Shown: in pieces, positions 59,349 through 64,000 of the stretch | Layout of the letters: each line of letters begins with the position of its first letter | Numbering within the stretch: position 1 is the stretch's first letter | Source of the DNA: Phallusia mammillata | Taxonomy: Eukaryota | Length of the DNA: 64,000 nt | Assembly (NCBI GenBank): GCA_965637545.1 | Contig: OZ281500.1 | Span: forward strand, 6,820,001-6,884,000 | Reading direction: 5' to 3' | Made by a program: the position numbers and the translations under genes | The notes under the pieces: generated by a model | Told to the model about the DNA's origin: nothing | What the model saw: only the letters and a program-made list of their open reading frames with translations | Database searches by the model: none

Positions 59349-62300
59349 ACCCAAATGGTCTAATCAAAAGTCATGATTAAAAAAAAAAAACAAAAAAAAA
59401 ACGATTAACAAAACCATTGCCGTTTAAACTACAAAATCCGCAACAAGACTGTAAAAATGCCACAAATACATACGTTTGGGTTCAAGGGGCATTTTCGCAA
59501 TGCAATTACTTGCATTCACTTGTCACGCGGTCGTTGCGTGATACGGACCTTTCCAATAAGAAAAGTCATGATGATTTGTTCACGCTGTAGCCGGCAGTTG
59601 TGTTAAATTTCAGATCCCCTTTTCACATTGTGTTGCTCACATATCCGAACCAATGGAAATCACTCGCACATTCGTATTGTTCTGTTGAACAAGCAGTTTA
59701 AAGGCTCTTTGAGTGGGTAAGGTAAACAACGCTACCCCGACCCCGCTCTTTGTACATTGATCGGTCCAACAGAGTGTTGTTATTAACTGTTCCGTTTGTA
59801 GTTCGCCGCTTTATGTACTGGCACAAAATGGTAATAAGACTGGGTCAACCAACATGTCCAATTTATATTGTTTGTTTTTTTATTAATTTTAAACACCTCA
59901 TTTGTCAACAAAAATGTTTTTAACGCAGAACTAGTTGCTTGTTCGCTAAACACACAAACACGTTGCGATTTTCATATCTTAACTTAATTCCAGTCGCTAA
60001 CATATTTAAATGACATCGCCTATGGATTTTTTAACCAGTAATGAGAAACGTACCCGTTTTGTCACTAATGTACAAATTATTATTTAATTGCGCAAAAATA
60101 GGCGGATTTTAGGCCAAAATGTCGCGTCGATTTTTCATCGGGCATCACGCGCACATTCGATCATTTGCTGTTGGACCATGTCCAGGCCTGATGCATTGCA
60201 AGTGTCTGGTGACCAACCTGCATGACGACTTCGGTCTTGGTTGGATTCCTGGCATATCTCATAAACAGAGTTAGTTGCGCAATGTGACACGCATGAAATA
60301 TTGATTGTTTCAAATGGTTAGAAACACGTGTAGTTGAATTCCGAAGAGGGTTTTGCTGTATACTGCTTTATGACGCGTTGAGCGTTTTTCAGGCATATTT
60401 TATAAACGTTAAAAACCGCTGCTGTAACAAAACAGTAGATTTGTTTTGGCGGGCCAGCTTTTCGTGGTTGCAAATAACCCTGCGATACCAATCAACCTTT
60501 ACGACCTGTTGCATCATCTTACCGTTGACACGCGTTTTGCGGAAATATTACCACGCGTAACAACAGCCTGTAAGGCAAAAAGAGTTTTTAGGCAGAATCA
60601 AGTGGCAAACGGGTACGCCAGCAACATGCGTGTATGTCGCCTACTATTACATCCGGGACCAAAGCTGAGAGTAATGCTTCAAACAAGATAAATCCTAAAA
60701 AAGAAGAACAAAATTCGTACCCGTTTGGCAGATAGTTCTGCGTAAAAACTCCTTTCGCCTTGCATCCTACGTGGTATTAAATCAACCTATTTTATTGAAG
60801 AATCGTTTTGAGGAAATAATATTACCCAGGCGGCTTTCAATCCACGCATTTTGTGTTATGTTATGCCACATATTCAACAACGCCCTTTGTGTTCTGTTCA
60901 CAGAGCAATGCGACACACCAATGCACCTGAATACGGCGTTCAAGGTTAGTAACACATCACGATTCATTTGTCCAGCGTCAGAGCGCGGCGTCGTCGTAGC
61001 CGGCCGGTTTTATTTATAGTTAGCTACAATTCAAGACACTGTTGGTTTTAAAGGAGGGGACGACGGACGCCGGATGGCACAACAACGAACAATGCGACGG
61101 AAAGGGGCACACCCGGTCTTCGGAACTGAACGAATTGATCGCGTAAGTGGGGTTGAATAGAATAGACCGCGCTTGGGTGTGTAAGAGAATGGCCCTTGCC
61201 ACGGGGTCTGCAATGTTGCCCTAGATTTGCCATATTCCAGGTCATCGCTTTAACATATATTGAGCTTTTAGGGGGCAACTGAACATAGTTGACCGGTGTT
61301 TCAACTGTTAAAGGTTTCGACCGTGTGCATTTATCTGCACGTTTTTTCGCGTGGATCAATTTGGCAACTGGTCTACTTATCTGTCACGTGTAAGGTTCAG
61401 GATATCCAATAAGCATTAGCACGGCGCGTTTTATAACTGACATTTTCCCTATCACCGTTAGTACGAACAACACCATCACACCAAAACTCGCAGATTTTCA
61501 AATGAACTTTGATCTATTGGGAATGCGTATTGCATTGAGCCACAATTATACGAATTGTTTTATGACGTTAAAATTGCAACACTCTTAAAACGTCAGTGAA
61601 TCGGTTTGAACGAGCAAAAAGTTACGTGCTCATGTAAACGCGTGGTTGACCGAGTACTAAGTACGCAATTGCGACTGAACGGTTACATGGAACACCAGTT
61701 ACCTTGCAAGCTGCCACATGATTTAAGTTAATCATGATTGGCGCTTAACGTAAGTTGACGCAATGTTCAACAATGAACGGAAATATTGTTACGTTGCTTT
61801 GAATCTATACAAAAGTATTGGCCTCAAATTGCCGGAAAGATTACTTTTCTCATAACCCCAAACCTCGGACATACGCTACCAGCAGTTGCGAAAATGGAAC
61901 AATTAAGATTTGGTTGATTCAATAACTTCCTATCACGACGTTGTTGTATGCTATGTGCAGGAAGTTACCAGTGATAACCCTGCAACTCCGCTACAGACAT
62001 GTATGCGTGTGTGACTAATTAACCGGCGTTTAAGGCGTGGCTTGTTTTGATTATTATCTACCAGCGAGTCACATACAGATTTTGTTGCATTGGCTCGAAC
62101 ATGTAGTTTTCTGCGAATAAACGAATAAGTATAAACAGTTTGTGGTGTTTTTTTAACACGCAAAGTTGCTAGAATTGTAAAAAGGGCATTTTGACACAGC
62201 GTACTCGAAATAACCAAGTTTTTTTTACAAATACGTACAAACTTTGAATTAATTGACAAGTGATATCTACAATATTATATGTCCAAATTTTAATTGGTAT

Positions 62301-64000
62301 TACGCTTGCTTCCGTTTCGTGCTTCGAACAACGAGATTTTGGACTGAAGCAACTTTTGACCATAGCTTTTTTGCTATACAACTCAAGTCCCAGCCGTAAG
62401 GTTTCATATTTCACTACAAGCTTTGAAGTTGTACGTTTCCCCCCTGTGGGAAGCTATGAGCTTTAACATTGCAATTAAATCCAACTAAAATCACCATTAC
62501 ACAGAAGTGATTGTCGACCGCATCGTAATTTTTTCCGCTTCTGTGGGTTTGTTTTCTCCAGCGCGAATCGCGTGGTATATAGTCTTGAGTTTAATGACGT
62601 TTTTCGTTTTGTTTACGACAAATTGTGGTCGCCGCGCTTTAACATCTCTAGTTTATGGTTGAAAAACCGTCACGTGTGTATAAAGTCGCGCGTCATCGTA
62701 ATCTGCCGTCACGAGTTAAAATCACGTGAGCAGCTAAAAAAACACGATTTTACACAATAAATTCCAATGCAGTTTTTAAAGATACAAGTCAACATTTGGG
62801 CGTAAAACATCACAGCGTTTCGACAGTTTATTTTGTCAGCGTCAGGTGAAATAAAACCGTGCAGTGCGTTCCCCAAATTTGTGGTGTTTCTTTAATCTAG
62901 TATTCCTAATCCGCTTTGTATACACTGATCCAAGGAGTAAAATTCCAGCTGATGTAACTTAAACGTTGAAGTAGTGAGGCAAGCTGATTTGAATATAGCC
63001 CAGCCGTCATATGTTTACCAGACCAGTCAGCCAATAATCTGCCGCAGAAGGTTATTTTTGACTGTCTGTGAACGTGTACGGTTTGTGGATATCCGCGACG
63101 ACGATTTGTGGGAATTTTTCGGAATTGCGATTAAATATTGCGGGGCCATGATGTGCTAGACTTTACTTTATAAATTAAAGTGGTTCCCAACCTTTTTCGA
63201 CGAATTCCTCCCTTTACAATTCAATGCATTTTCATTCCTCCCTGATATACTACATGGTAGGCCTAAACCATTAAAATATATGTTTTTCTGTTCCTATGTT
63301 CAACGGTTGGTGAAACCCTCTGCCATAAATATCAGCCAGTAAAAAGTTTTGATGCATGTGACGTGTTCGCTAAGTTTGTGAAGAGTCAACAAGGGAAATC
63401 CCCGTTTTAACTTCGCCGAAATAATCAGGCGGACTTAACCAAGCAGAATAATTCGATGGAAAATCCAGTTTCCCACAGATCGAAAATTTGTTGCAAGTGG
63501 GGAAATTTGGTGACTCGCGCGGCATGTATGCGTGGCACGTGATTGACGTCACTAATTCGCGAACTTTTGTAGTTACCGAATTCGAAAGCATTGTTTTGGT
63601 TGTCACAATGGTCGTTTGGGCTTTCGGCTAATTGTCTTCTTGCCTCGTGAATAATTAACGCACTGTTGTAAACATCGTGACCGGCAAATTTCTAAATACA
63701 TTTATCACTTAAAAGGTTTACAAACGACCACAAGCAATCAGTTTCTCCTAATGTCGACTTCATAATTTAAGGTCTTACCGCCTCTTTAGTTCGTATTAGA
63801 CAGGAATTTTAAACTCTTTCAAGTAAACATTTAACTGAGGTTTGCCCACGTACATCGTTGTCGCAACGTCGAAGACAATTACGGTTGTATTTGCACCCAT
63901 CACACCTCACAGTTGACAGGGAAACAACTGGCTGTCAAAATTGCCAGGAACTTTACATCATTAAACATAAAAACACGCCTAGGGTGGTCGAACCCATTTT

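Noticed and set aside
63178-63322. hAT-like end AGTGGTTCCCAACCTTTTT
   Set aside because: Partner end highly degenerate and no TSD found.

Overview
Eukaryotic, AT-rich, compact-intron (GT-AG) animal DNA; the bacterial-style ORF track only catches exon fragments. Small introns, chordate-like proteins, mosaic CpG depletion and an operon-like junction suggest an ascidian/tunicate (inference). Host genes: three 7-exon alpha-L-fucosidase (GH29) paralogues on the minus strand, PPT1 between copies 1 and 2, a multi-exon ADCY8-like adenylyl cyclase, an intronless EEIG1/FAM102-like gene and the 5' part of ASTE1. Main discovery: a ~12.7 kb Mutator-like (MULE) DNA transposon at 4933-17649 with imperfect TIRs and a 9-bp flanking direct repeat. 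It carries a ~25 x 191-bp internal satellite and four successive -1-overlapping ORFs encoding SGNH-hydrolase-like, PHD, DDE transposase, Ulp1/SENP-type SUMO protease and USP deubiquitinase domains, which may form an anti-silencing/chromatin-editing system. It inserted on a TCACGTGA (CLEAR-like) motif between head-to-head lysosomal genes. Second highlight: fucosidase copy 1 is intact and keeps its catalytic residues, but both residues expected to bind fucose O2 are replaced (EW->EL, KHH->KHG), suggesting a new substrate. At least seven MITEs with verifiable TSDs are also present.
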